A stretch of DNA of 64,000 nucleotides, taken from Mobula hypostoma. Taxonomy: Eukaryota. Under the pieces are notes generated by a model. That model did no database searches. It had not been told where the DNA came from and was given only the letters and a program-made list of their open reading frames with translations. The stretch is from contig NC_086105.1 of assembly GCF_963921235.1 (NCBI RefSeq), forward strand, positions 139,872,001 through 139,936,000, in the 5' to 3' direction. Positions 12,101-24,599 of the stretch are shown here, piece after piece (the first letter of the stretch is position 1; every line of letters starts with the position of its first letter). The position numbers were made by a program, and so were the translations under genes.

Positions 12101-13868
12101 TTCTCCTCTTATTTTAGTGTTTCAACTCTTTAATATTCTAATACATATTCAATTGAAAATAACTTTTAATTATTTAAGTCAATTTGAATAATTATTAAAT
12201 TTCTCTGGCACAAGAAGCTTTGGCACCAATGAACTGTTTCTGCGGTACACCACTGAAGGCCATTTGCTCCTTCTGGAGTATTTCTGGCATCAGAGAGTTG
12301 GTTTGTCCAGATATCTGCATCTGGAAAGGCAAATCTGGGTGGCTGGGGACCAAGGTCAGTAAGTCTGGGCGGAGGCCAGGTCGGAGACAGTCTGTTCAGA
12401 ACTGGTTCTGTGGTATTTTTACCTTTTAAAATTGCATCCACATCTGTCTAAATATAACAGCCCAGCTACTCAAGGGAGCAGAGTAATTTAAAAAAAATAC
12501 TGCAGCTGATTGGCAAATGTTCCAATGCTGGAAAAAATGAAAAAAGGAGTTTATGTGGAAAAAGAATCTTGAAAATTAGCACGGAAAGAGTAAGTTCATT
12601 GTAGATCTTGCATGGGTAAATAACAAGCCACAAATGCAGTAAAAATCCAGCATCAGTGTGTCAATGTGTTTATCTACAGAGGTATGTATTTTTTTTCATC
12701 CAGATATATCTGTAAACATCTCTGAAGCCTTTTGTCCTTCCTAATACCTTTACTCAGTCAACTTGTCAGTGCTATCCAAGATACCAATCTCCACTCATCC
12801 CCTCTGCCTGCATTTAGCCCACATCTCTTTATAATTGTACCAAGCCCTACAGCCTCCTCTGTCAGCTTGTTCTATATATCTACCAAACTCTATGTGGGGA
12901 GAAACTTGCCCTTGCACGCCCTTTAAATCTTTCCTCTCTTACGTTAAACCTATGCCCTTTACATTTAGATACGTCTCTCCTGGGAAAAATGGACTATGTC
13001 TACCTACTCCTTAAGTGCTTCATGATTTTATTAAGCTCCATAAGGACATTGCTCAACTTCCTTGCTCCAGGGAAAAGAAATATCAGACTGGCCATTCTCT
13101 CCTTATAACTTAAGACTCCTAATCCTAGCCATATCCTTGTCAGTAAAAAATATCTTTCACCCTTTTTTTTCGATGCTATGCCAGCTGCAACCCACTTCTG
13201 TAGAACAATTTGCCAAGAATAATCATGGTTATGTATAGAGAAAGGAATGGAAACTGCAACGTGATGAGGGGTCTTCCCCACAGATTAGGGATGGATGGAA
13301 GACCATAATCGTCTACGGCACATAATAATGATGATTCTTTCTATCTTATTGTCTGTGGAATTTGTTGCCACAAGAGTCTGTGGAGGCCAAGTCATTGGGT
13401 GTATTTAAGGCAGAGATAGATGGGTTCTTGATTAGCCAGGGCATCAAAGGGAAGAGTTGGATCAGCCCATGACTGAATGGCGGAGCAGACTCGATGGGCC
13501 GAATGACCTACTTCCGCGCCTATATCTTATGGTCTTATTAAAAGGCATTAGAGAAACAGTAAAAGTACAAATAATGTTGGAAGATTAAATGCAAATTAAG
13601 TATCCAAATTAAAATTTGATCACTTACTGTCCTCCTATCTCTCATAAACTGTGGTTCACTTAATATATTGAGATGCAATATTACAAAATACATTGTAAGC
13701 GGTTTGGAAACTCACCAGTAGTTTTGATGAATGGCTTATTGGTGGGTATAAAACATCAGCAACTGAAGAGAATAGATGGAAAATACAACCATCTGTTGAA
13801 AAAGAGTAACATGTAATGACAATTGCTAATTTATTAGGCAATGATTTTTATCTTTGAAATTTTTTTAG

Positions 13869-13980
13869 GGTCTAGAGGAAGGGATTTCCCAAATAACATC
13901 AAAAAGTAAGGATTGCAATCAGTGCTTTGTGTGGAATTTTCCCATGGAGATCACATTCAAGAGCACCAACCCATATGGTT
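13869..13980 (+). CDS. B9D1: B9 domain-containing protein 1, exon 3 (112 nt)
   Basis: tttag|GGT...GGT T|gtaagt; [37 protein letters not shown] matches vertebrate B9D1. Confidence 0.96.
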
Positions 13981-14085
13981 GTAAGTATGTCTCAAAATGT
14001 TTACACAAAGCTGCATAACTTTAAAAAATGTATAAAAGTGTTACATATTTCCCACATTACATGAAATAGTATTTCTTTCATTAAG

Positions 14086-14217
14086 ACAAAACTATTCGGG
14101 TTTTGGCCCGGAACATCGACTGTATGCTTTTCCTAGATGCTGCTGGCCTGATGAGTTCCTCCAGCATTTTGTGTATGTTGCTCAGACTTCCAGCATCTGC
14201 AGATTTTCTCGTTTGTC
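14086..14217 (+). mobile_element. Short Penelope-terminus insertion with partial hammerhead, 9-bp TSD
   Basis: TTCATTAAG at 14077-14085 and 14218-14226; interior GGGTTTTGGCCC-GGAA-CATC-GACT...ccagcatctgcag. Confidence 0.75.
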
Positions 14218-14290
14218 TTCATTAAGTATTGAATTTATGCACAAACTTTTGTAGCTATTGAGTATCCATTTCGGTCTTTGTTTTCCAAAG

Positions 14291-14387
14291 GGCCTCAGAT
14301 AGTAGTAAGTGTTTATGGGCCTGATCTGTTTGGAAATGATGTGGTCCGTGGCTATGGAGCTGTTCATGTTCCTATGACTCCTGGAAT
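14291..14387 (+). CDS. B9D1: B9D1 exon 4 (97 nt)
   Basis: caaag|GG CCT...GGA AT|gtaagt; [32 protein letters not shown]; phase is consistent with exons 3 and 5. Confidence 0.96.
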
Positions 14388-14684
14388 GTAAGTCATTTTT
14401 TTAAGTATGCTTTTTTGGGATACTAAATAATTTGGAAAGCTTTATAAACCCAACAAATGTTACATTTCAAAACTAATGAAATCTAGGATGTAATAGTTCT
14501 GTTAGAACATGACTTAGTAGATGAATGACATGATGGGGTTGATTGGGGTTACATTCACAAATTATAGGAGCTGCATTTGGATGAGAGCTGTGGCTCTGGC
14601 CAAAACAAAAATCTTCATTCATAAAGTTCAATCGTAAACTCTAGAAAGTTATACTCAGTGTTCATTAGGTACACTTGCTCATTA

Positions 14685-15040
14685 GTCACAGTACATTTAT
14701 TATCAAAGAATGTATAAATTATACAACCTTGAGATTTGTTTGTTTACAGCCAGTTGCAAAGCAAGGAAAGCAAAATAACCCAATTTAAAAATAAAGACCA
14801 ACCTCCAATGTGCACAAAGAGAGAAAACAACAAATCATGTAAACTATAGAAGCGAGCAACAAGAACAGCATTCTGAACCAAATTGAGTCCTTAGATCCAA
14901 ATCCATGGTGCAGTCTGGAGTAGGCCCAAAGGCTCGGTATTCAGGTCATCATATTAGTGGGGCAAATCGCTACTCAGTTTGCAAACACAAAGCACAGCAG
15001 CTGGGGGCAGTCTCACAGCCTTAGCACCGCGGAGAGAGGA
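14685..15040 (-). mobile_element. L2-like non-coding retroelement 3' fragment
   Basis: Minus strand ends aatctcaaggttgtataatttatacattctttgataataaatgtactgtgac, the same tail type as the 57-bp insert at 16537-16593. Confidence 0.6.
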
Positions 15041-15055
15041 TCCCCAGTCTATGTG

Positions 15056-16352
15056 GGTGGCATTGACCTCCCACGTCATGAAGACCCCTGGAGAGACTTG
15101 TTCTGGAGCTGCTCCGGCCTATGGTCAGGCCACACTTAGATCCCCTCCAGCTCGCCTACCAGCCCCGACTAGGAGTTGAGGATGCCATCGTCTACCTGCT
15201 GAACCGTATCTACGCCCACCTGGACAAGCCAGCGAGCACTGTGAGGGTCATGTTTTTTGACTTCTCCAGTGCGTTCAACACCATCCGCCCTGCTCTGCTG
15301 GGGGAGAAGCTGACAGCGATGCAGGTGGATGCATTCCTGGTGTCATGGATTCTTGATTACCTGACTGGCAGACCACAGTACATGTGCTTGCAACACTGTG
15401 ATCAGCAGCACCGGGGCTCCACAGGGGACTGCCTTGTCTCCCTTTCTCTTCACCATTTACACCTCGGACTTCAAGTACTGCACAGAGTCTTGTCATCTTC
15501 ATAAGTTTTCAGATGACTCTGCCATAGTTGGATGCATCAGCAGGGGAGATGAGGCTGAGTACAGGGCTACGGTAGGAAACTTTGTCACATGGTGTGAGCA
15601 GAATTACCTGCAGCTTAATGTGAAAAAGACTAAGGAGCTGGTGGTAGACCTGAGGAGAGCTAAGGTACCGGTGACCCCTGTTCCCATCCAGGGGGTCAGT
15701 GTGGACATGGTGGAGGATTACAAATACCTGGGGATACGAATTGACAATAAACTGGACTGGTCAAAGATCACTGAGACGGTCTACAAGAAGGGTCAGAGCC
15801 ATCTCTGTTTCCTGAGGAGACTGAGGTCCTTTAACATCTGCCGGACAATGCTGAGGATGTTCTACGAGTCTGTGGTGGCCAGTGCTATCATGTTTGCTGT
15901 TGTGTACTGGGGCAGCAGGCTGAGTGTAGCAGACACCAACAGAATCAACAAACTCATTCGTAAGGCCAGTGATGTTGTGGGGATGGAACTGGACTCTCTG
16001 ACGGTGGTGTCTGAAAAGAGGATGCTGTCCAAGTTGCATGCCATCTTGGTCAATGTCTCCCATCCACTACATAATGTACTGGGTGGGCACAGGAGTACAT
16101 ACAGCCAGAGACTCATTCCACCGAGATGCAACACAGAGCGTCATAGGAAGTCATTCCTGCCTGTGACTGTCAAACTTCACAACTCCTCCCTTGGAGGGTC
16201 AGACACCCTGAGCCAATAGGCTGGTCCTGGACTTATTTCATAATTTACATATTACTATTTAACTATTTATGGTTCTATTACTATTTATTATTTATGGTGC
16301 AACTGTAACGAAAACCAATTTCCCCCGGGATCAATAAATTATGACTATGACT
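15056..16352 (+). mobile_element. Rex1/Babar-type LINE, 5'-truncated RT, (ATGACT)n tail
   Basis: VALTSHVMKT, LDPLQLAYQ, FFDFSSAFNTI, GAPQGTALSPFLF, KFSDD and YKYLG across ORFs 14979-16219. Confidence 0.9.
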
Positions 16353-17259
16353 ATTAAGGCAAATATCTAATCTGCCAATCATGTGGCAGCAACTCAGTGC
16401 ATTAAAGCATGCAGATATGGTCAAGAGGTTCAGTTGTTGTTCAGACCAAACATCAGAATGGAGAAGAAATGTGATCTGTGACATTGACTGTGGAATGAGT
16501 GTTGGTACTAGACAGGGTGGTTTGAGCATCTTAGAATGAATCTCAGGGTTGTATATGGTGATATATGTACTTTAATAATAAATTTACTTTGAACTTAGAA
16601 ATTGCTGATCTCCCGGAATTTTCACACACAACAGTCTCCGGAGTTTACAGAGAATGACGCAAGAAACAAAAAACATCCATTGGACAAAAGCACCTTGTTA
16701 ATGAAAGAGGTCAGGGGAGAATGGTCAGACTGAAAGGAAGGCGACAATAACTCAAACGATGTCGCGTTACAGCAGCGGTATGCAGCAGAGCACCTCTGTA
16801 TATACCACACATTGAACCGTGAGCTAGAGCAGCAGAAGACAGTGAGCACTCAATAACCACTTTGTTAGGTACAGGAGCTGCCTAACAAAGTGGCCACTGA
16901 GTACAAGGAAGCTACCAGTGTCGGTTTCCTTTGCTGAATTACTAGTTATAACTATATTACACTGGAATCAGGGACAGATAAAAAACCAACAGAGAAGTAT
17001 CTAGATGAAATTTCATAAAGAAGTACAAAAACCAGTATGCTCAATGCAATACTCCAAATTATTCATACGCATCTTACACCAGTGTGCGGTGTTCCATGAC
17101 AGTCGTAAGTCTCAAAAATGTTACTTATAAAGTTTATCTCGGCATTCTTTAGTTGTATAATGTTACAATCATGACAGTCATGCACATTTGTAGTATAACA
17201 GGCTGCAAAATGATTTGGTTTTACTACATTTTATTTGCTCGCTTCAATTTCATAAACTA

Positions 17260-17810
17260 TTATTAGGCCATTTTCCCATCAAATCTGCTGTGCCATTCCA
17301 TGATGGCATTTATTATTATGCCTCTCAACCTCATTCTCCTGCTTTCTCCCTGTCGCATTTGATGCCATTACTCATCAAGAACCTATCAACCTCTGCTTTA
17401 AATATACTGTGACTTGGCCTCCACAGCTGTATGAATTCCAGATTCACCATCACAGGCTGAAGAAAATCCTCCTAGACTCTGTCTCGAGCAGGAATTCCCA
17501 ATCTTTTTTATGCCGTGACCAATACCATTAGCAAGGGGTCTGTGAACCCCTGGTGTAAAGGGACATCCTTTTATAGAGGTTATGCCCTCTGGTCTTAGAC
17601 ACACCCACTATAGGAAACATCTTCTTCACATCCACTCTAGTAGGGTTTTCCAATATTCAATAGATTTCAATTGAGGTTCTCCCCCCCCCCCCATTCTTCT
17701 GACCTTTAGCAAGTACAGAAGCCCAAAGCCATTAAATGCTCTTTGTATGGTAACCCTTTCATTCCTGGGATAATTTTCATTAACTTCCTATGCACCCTCT
17801 CCAATGCCAG
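17260..17810 (-). mobile_element. CR1 LINE 3' fragment carrying a short hAT-like MITE fragment (~17490-17555)
   Basis: Reverse-complement CR1 3' end interrupted by caggaattcccaatcttttttatgcc...ggggtctgtgaacccctgg. Confidence 0.6.
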
Positions 17811-18081
17811 TGATATGTTCCTGCAATCATCTTAACTGTACAGGAACAGCTTGAGATGAGCAGTTCACACTCTTGCATTACCCATCTGCACCAGAGGAGC
17901 AGATATTGCTGAAGCTGACAAGCCTTTTGTTTTAAATTGTTGCAAGAAATTTGATGGCTAATTTGATATATGCCTACAATGAATTGATAGATAAGCTGAA
18001 TGAAACGCTTAAAAAAAATTGTTCCTGTGAAATAGTTACAATTTACTTAGGAAAACTATTTCCCCCCCCCCTCCCTTTTAG

Positions 18082-18144
18082 GCACAAGAGAACCATTCCA
18101 ATGTTTGTTCCTGAGTCGTCCTCAAGACTGCAAAAATTTACAAG
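18082..18144 (+). CDS. B9D1: B9D1 exon 5 (63 nt)
   Basis: ctttttag-type acceptor then G CAC...ACA AG|gtatta; [20 protein letters not shown]. Confidence 0.96.
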
Positions 18145-18823
18145 GTATTAAGATTTTTAGATATTGCAGCTCAAGATAGCTGAGCTCAAACAAATGTTGC
18201 AGTTTGGAGAATATACTGAATTGTGAAGTGTGAGCAGTGAAAATACAGTATAGTCTGGTTACTTTAAGTTATTTATCGAGAGAGAATGGCATTGTAAAGT
18301 TAGCAATGACTTTTAGCTAATTCACCAACATCAGTTTCCATGTATTTATAAAACTATTAGATCTCTAACAGTTTGAAGGTTATTTTTGTCTTCCTTTAAG
18401 CCACTTCATCCTCCCAGAATAACACCCTAGCGATTGCAAATAAAAGTGAAAAATGGCCTTTGCTGTATTTCCTTACAAGTTCTGATGAAGGCACTGAAAT
18501 GAAACATTAGCTCATCTTTCTCCATAAATGCTGTGAGTACTCAGTATGTCAGTCATCATTTCCTGCTCTTATGGTACAAGGATGCCACTGGTCCAGTGCT
18601 TTCACATTATTAATCAGCAAAATGGCAATTTTTCTAATAACACCAACATCCAGTGAATGGATGGAAACCATTAGTTGACTGATATTTATTTACCATTGTT
18701 GCTTGCAGTAAGGGTTTAACAATTGCCTTCTCTTTATTTATTTATCCATTAAATGCAAAAAGCAATACCATATCTGTTTTCATTACTGGTCTTTCCTTAT
18801 GTTGATGAGTAACAGGGAGGAGA

Positions 18824-19465
18824 AGATGGCGGCGCGACGCAGCACGCGCGGCCTCTCCGATGAAATGATATCGTATTTGTTAAATAGGGGCCGTGCACAA
18901 TTCTGATTTGATGGAGACAGCCGTGAGAAGCACAGAGGAACATCTGGAGAAACTTCTGAAATGCCCAGTTCGCTGCCGCTGCTACTGTTCGATCGAGAAT
19001 CTCCGGAGGGAAGGCCCCAAATCCTCGGCTTTTCCTGTTGCTGGCGGCCGGAGCTGAGTCGAAGCGCTCGGCATAGATGGTGCTCGGTGTCGGAGGCTTG
19101 AAGTTTTTGGACTCAGAGTCGGACTGTGGTCGAGTGCTTCCAGGATGCTGCATTGGCAAGTTTGAAGTGCTAGTAGCTCATGACAGGAAGAGAGTTTTCT
19201 TCCTTCTCCCGTCTGCGTGAGATGATGGGACTTTCGAGAGATTTTGAACTTTTTTTTACCGTGCCCATAGCCTGTTCTTCATCAAGTTACGGTATTGCTT
19301 GCACTGTTGTAACTATATGTTATAATTATGTGGTTTTTGAGTCTTGGTTTGTCTTGTGTTTCTGTGATACAACACCGGAGGAACATTGTATCATTTCTTA
19401 ATGTATGCATTACTAAATGACAATAAAAGAGGACTGCGTGTCCTCATAATCTAATCTAATCTAAC
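18824..19465 (+). mobile_element. Young non-coding L2/Rex-derived non-autonomous retroelement with (TAATC)n tail
   Basis: CpG-rich; starts GGAGAAGATGGCGGCG; ends gacaataaaa-GAGGAC-tgcgt-GTCCTC-ataatctaatctaatc (stem-loop plus microsatellite). Confidence 0.65.
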
Positions 19466-21307
19466 TAATAATAGGCTTATTATACTGTGATTTTTTTTTC
19501 CCCCTCTGCAAATGTAGTTAAGTATATGTTTTCTTTCCCTTTTTGATTGAAAGTATGGTCTGAGCTGCCTGGTTAGTTCCTACGATGACTGGGAACCAGT
19601 AGGCTGAGGCTGGAAATGAGCATCTTGTGGGTGGGGGTAGTGGCGAGCCATCTGGTCTGCTTCTTCATTCAGTAATAAGCATGCATCTAGCATTATGGGA
19701 TAGTGGGAGGTGTGTATGCTGATCTGGATCCACATAAACCAGACCACCTTAGAGGACCAAGTGGCCACATTCTGGTTCTAATCAAGTCCCAATATGCATA
19801 GATAAAATGACTTATTGTTCTGCAATTCTACATTTCTGTACCTCTGTTGACTTCCACCAGGGCTGTTATGTCAGAGTATCTCATACAATGTTTTATTCAG
19901 ATCAAGAAACTTAAGTTCTCGTTATTACAGCTTTATTCCCAGAGCTGCTAGATGATGAGAAACTGTTTTCTGCAATTGCTATCAGTAGTCATAGGGCAGA
20001 AAGAATAATTTAACGAGGTTTTGTGGGTGGTTGAATGTATTTACCTAAAATGCAAGTATATAAACAGTTCACCTCAAATACTTCTACCTACACCTAAATC
20101 ACAATCTAATTTTAGTACTCCCTAACACTTTTTCCAGATTACTAGGAATACTCTGTAACCTCAGTGGAGTGAAATGACTCTGGGGCTTTTAATACTAGGA
20201 GATATGTAACAGGTCCTCTCCAGTTTATGAACACCTGACTTGTATACATCCTTTACATATAAACAAATGTTTGCTGGGGTTATGAACAGTTTCATAAAAA
20301 CAGAACCCTGTTGTGTCCTGTGGACAGCATGTACTTATTTTGATTAGTTAAAATGCAGAATTTTGTATAAACATTATTGGACTTTAATTTTTTTTTAAAC
20401 TAGAGTGTGTGCCATGCTTGATGTTGCCTGGGTAAGTTTTTTTTTCTGGCTGTCAGCTGTGAACTAGAGAAGTCTTCATGAGAAATTAGTACAAAGTTAG
20501 AACAAGTAAAAATAGTGCATTTATTTAGTCTGTGATGTCATTGAAGGACAACAGTTTTAATTCTCCATTTGTAATCTATGGGAATTGGTGTTTAGAATGC
20601 CAAACAGGAAGGGAGCAGATGTGGTAGATTTGAGTGGTTATAGAAGACTCTCCCCTAAAACAGAGTTACATTAAGCAGCTTCATGCACTGTAAGTCCTCA
20701 TTTTATTTGACAACACACAACAGTACAGTACAGACCCTTTGGCCCATGATGTGCCGACTATTTTACCTATGCCAAGATTATTGTCTGATTTGTTTCCTGG
20801 GTAGTTGAGTTTCAAAATCTACAGTTGAACATGATTTACACTTGTTCCATTTGAAACTCCGTTTTCTAACATTGCTGAAAATAATTAATTTTTGTGGGAA
20901 TACTGTTCATTTCAGCCTCTGGCAAATTGCCCAAGTCATTATTCGTTTGTGCTGCCAAAACATTTTATTACACCATCTTGGCACTTAATTCACAATCCAT
21001 ATGTATAGAGCAATAATTGAGACCATCAGAAATGAAATTCACTTTATAGAATTATTGCAACAGATTGATGTAACAGGAATTACTGGATGATGTGATGAGA
21101 TGTAGCCTTAGTCCAGCTGTCTGGGCTCAAAATTTTTAACCAACTAATGTTTAGGTTCTTCGTGGTTTTGCTCTGCAGTAAGTCTTATTCTCAGGACAGC
21201 AGCAAAAAAATTCTCTGCAGGGTCTCAAATAAATAACATTCTTTGAATCTGCAAAAAAAAAAGGCTGTGGTCTAATCATGTTTTTTTTAAATCCCCCCCC
21301 GGTTTAG

Positions 21308-21375
21308 CTGGCTGATGGGAAGACGTCCTGAATTCACAGATGCTAAACTGGTTGCACAAGGAGAAGGAAGAGAAG
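21308..21375 (+). CDS. B9D1: B9D1 exon 6 (68 nt)
   Basis: tttag|C TGG...GAA G|gtttgc; [22 protein letters not shown]. Confidence 0.96.
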
Positions 21376-21820
21376 GTTTGCTTTACTAAAGTTTTTTTTC
21401 TTGTTCACAAGCTGCTGTTGGTGAAGCTGAAAACTCGGACAGGAATGGCAACTTCATGAACCACATTTAATGGCAGTAACGTCCAAAATTTGCTTTTACA
21501 TCACAAAAATGCCATTTGTAGAAATTTTAAATATAATGTCATCAATTGTTATCCTTAAACACTCAGTGACTACGTTATTAAATATATAGTCTCTTGCTAT
21601 TCCATGTGCAATGTTAAATTATTTTAACATGCTGATTTTCCTGCCTTCCACTAATTTAAAAAAAGTTACTTACTAAAACTAAGCAATAACAAACTTGTAA
21701 TAAATCCTGTCCAAGAGTAGGGTAGTTAAAAGGAATTATTTTACAAACAATTTATTTAAAAGCTTAAATATTTTAACAATTGATGAAATTAATACTTTGC
21801 ATTTTCTTGTGCACTTTTAG

Positions 21821-21945
21821 TTACAAGGGTTCTGTCTCAAGGCTTTGTTACCATCTCCTTCAACATTGTCACCAAGGATTTGAAGAAATTGGGATATGAT
21901 GCAGTACCTGCTAACAATCAGACTCTTGGAACATCTGATGGCTAA
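21821..21945 (+). CDS. B9D1: B9D1 exon 7, last coding exon
   Basis: cttttag|TT ACA...TAA; [41 protein letters not shown]. Exons 3-7 total 465 nt in one frame. Confidence 0.95.
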
Positions 21946-22459
21946 ATGGAACCCGTCCTGCAGCTAACATGAAACAATGGCTGAATTTTTAGGCTATATT
22001 TATAGACAGAATTAACTAATGTTTTGGGAGATGTGACAATTCATTAGAATTGGGAATGCTTACTGATTTAAAAACTTGTTTATCTCCAACTATTTGATTT
22101 AAGGCCAATTTGAAATGTTAACTTTTTCATTCTGCACAGCTACTTCCTGATCTGCTGAGTATTCTTGTCTGTTGAATTTCAAAGTGTTTAACATTATCTG
22201 TTTAAATTTTGTTTTAACTGAACTGACTCAGCCTACTGGGTCCTGTATAAATTAATTTATGGCTGCAGGGTGAACTAAATGTTTCACAACTAAAAATATT
22301 TCACAATATTTCATTTTCTGAGAAATCACTGTACTTCAAAAGAAGACACTGGCTCATGTTCTTACAATCTTTAATTGGTAAGGTATGGATAAATTCATTG
22401 AAGATCCTTATCCAAGAGTAAACTTCTTGTGATGACAGGTCAGTTTTCTCTACAAGTTC

Positions 22460-22465
22460 AATAAA
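22460..22465 (+). promoter_or_regulatory. Candidate B9D1 polyadenylation signal
   Basis: First AATAAA seen after the stop codon, ~515 nt downstream. Confidence 0.45.
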
Positions 22466-24599
22466 ATAGCTAGCAAGCAATTTGGAAAAGTCCTGAAATG
22501 TTAATGTGAAATATTTAAAACCCTGTTTTAGTAATGTGCCTCTGAAAGTTAATACACATTAGCCTTGCTATCAATACATTTGTACGGGTAAGATTAGATT
22601 ACATAGCAATAATACACTTGCCTACAAGGTAATCCTACCCAAGAAGCAAAAGATTGCCCTGTCTCATCTGAAATATTCTAATAGGATTAAAGGGCTTCAA
22701 GGATTGACTGCATATACTATTAAATCAACGCAAGATATATTTACTGCATTCCTGATGTCATTTGCCACAACTAAAGGTCTGAAATGTTATTGTTAAACTA
22801 ATTTGTAACTAGTTATGATATTGTTAGCTTTAATAGTTTATCTTCAATACATTTCTTCAAATGAACTATTTATAAAAACACTAATGAAAATTTGACTAAT
22901 TTCCTAATCATGATAGCTGTACTCATGAGAATAGCACTCTACTTAATTAAATGAGGAATGAAAACATTTAATTCTAGCCAAAGAAATCATTTTTGTAAGG
23001 GCTTGTGAAGTGATAGAGAAATGCTTAGAGAATGAGAAGACTAGCACCATGAACAGTTGAAATCTACTTATATCCTAGTCTTGAATATACTGCAATCGCT
23101 GGGGAACATTTGTCATTAAGTTAGGAAGTGCAGAAATGTTAAAAAATATGGATCATAACAGGTTGTCCAAAGTGCATCAATTTGTGTCTACAGTATTTTT
23201 TTATTTTTACAAGTTAATTTCCTTTAAAATTGACACTTCTACTGCTTTCCCATTTGTAGCAAGCTTGCAGTCCTTCCAATCTATCTTGTCATTTATTGTT
23301 TATAAATGGCCTCAAATAATTGCCTATTAAGAGTAAAGTATCCATTTAATGCCAACTATAGTTTGTCACAATAATTATTATAGATTGGTGATTGTAAAAT
23401 AGAAGATAGAACCTTAGTTTGCACCAAAATCCAATACTATTTACTTTCCTAGTGATAAGTTAGCAGAGCACTGAGATATTATCTTTAAGGCGGCAGGTAA
23501 AGAGATGAATGTTGTTTTCATATGTTTATTATATTTCCCAATCTTATTATTGGGTTGTGTGGCTATTATTTATTGTTTTAAACTTTTATGGGTTTATATT
23601 TGGATTATTCTTTTAACTAATTTAAAACTTGCCTTGAACCTCTGAGAATTCATTTTTAGTTTTGCTGGAAATCCATTCATCTCACTCATCCGCGATGGTG
23701 AAGGTTGAAGTAATGTACCTCAAAATAAAATAGCTCAATTATTTATTCAGTTCTTCAATTCAGATACCCATTCAGTTCATTGTGCCTATACCCATGATCA
23801 TTAACTCATTTTTACTCTTTCCACATATAATTTTCAGTTAAATTTCTAGTCCACTTCCTGCTCTTTTACTTGACCACAGGACTCGTTAATGCCAAGGCAC
23901 AGAATATAAACAAACATTGTCGTCGTCTTCTTTAGCCAATTAATTTTTATTTTTGCCATATCACTATTTCAGTTATATCTTTTCTGAAAGCTATTACTGA
24001 ATCTATATCATGCATTCTGTAAGTGCATTCCACATCACAACTTACTGTACAACTATGCTAGCATATTTTGCCAGCATCTTAAATCTGGAAAATCCTCTCT
24101 GATTAACAAAATTGTGAACATTTTCTTAAATTATAAAAACTCTTCAGGGTTTTGAACATCTTTATCAAACCTACCAAGCAAATAACACAACACCTTCTCC
24201 CATCATGCCATATAGCTAAAGATTCCATCTTTAAAGCAGCTCTCTCTCTTCTTTATCAGAGGCCTTGATATCACTCTTGACCTCACTTTTTGATAATGGA
24301 TAAAACATTAGGACTTGAGTATTTTGCATGGGTTTATATTGTTTATGAACCAGTATGACAATCAGTTAATTGCATTAAAATTACCATCACTGCTGTTAAG
24401 CCATATAGGCAAACCAAATAATATTCCATTGTCAAACACTTGACATTCAAAGCCTTGGGTGTCAATATAGCAAAGTGCACATATGTACAGTATAATACAA
24501 TTTAAGCATAATCATGAATGGGTTTAAGAATTTTATGGAATTTAGTAATATTGCAATTACTTTGTATTTCTAATATAGAATAAATGAACTAAAAGCTAG

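Larger units (their letters stand above)
14652..16902. mobile_element. Tc1/mariner non-autonomous element split by nested retro-insertions
   Basis: Left end TACTCAGTG..TTCATTAGGTACAC at 14652-14684; body resumes at 16353; right end CCTAACAAAGTGGCCACTGAGT. Same family as 42395-42903, in the opposite orientation. Confidence 0.75.

Noticed and set aside
1-13868. B9D1 exons 1-2
   Set aside because: No sequence encoding FPEYDDLYCKYCFVYG-like peptides was found; these exons presumably lie upstream of the window.
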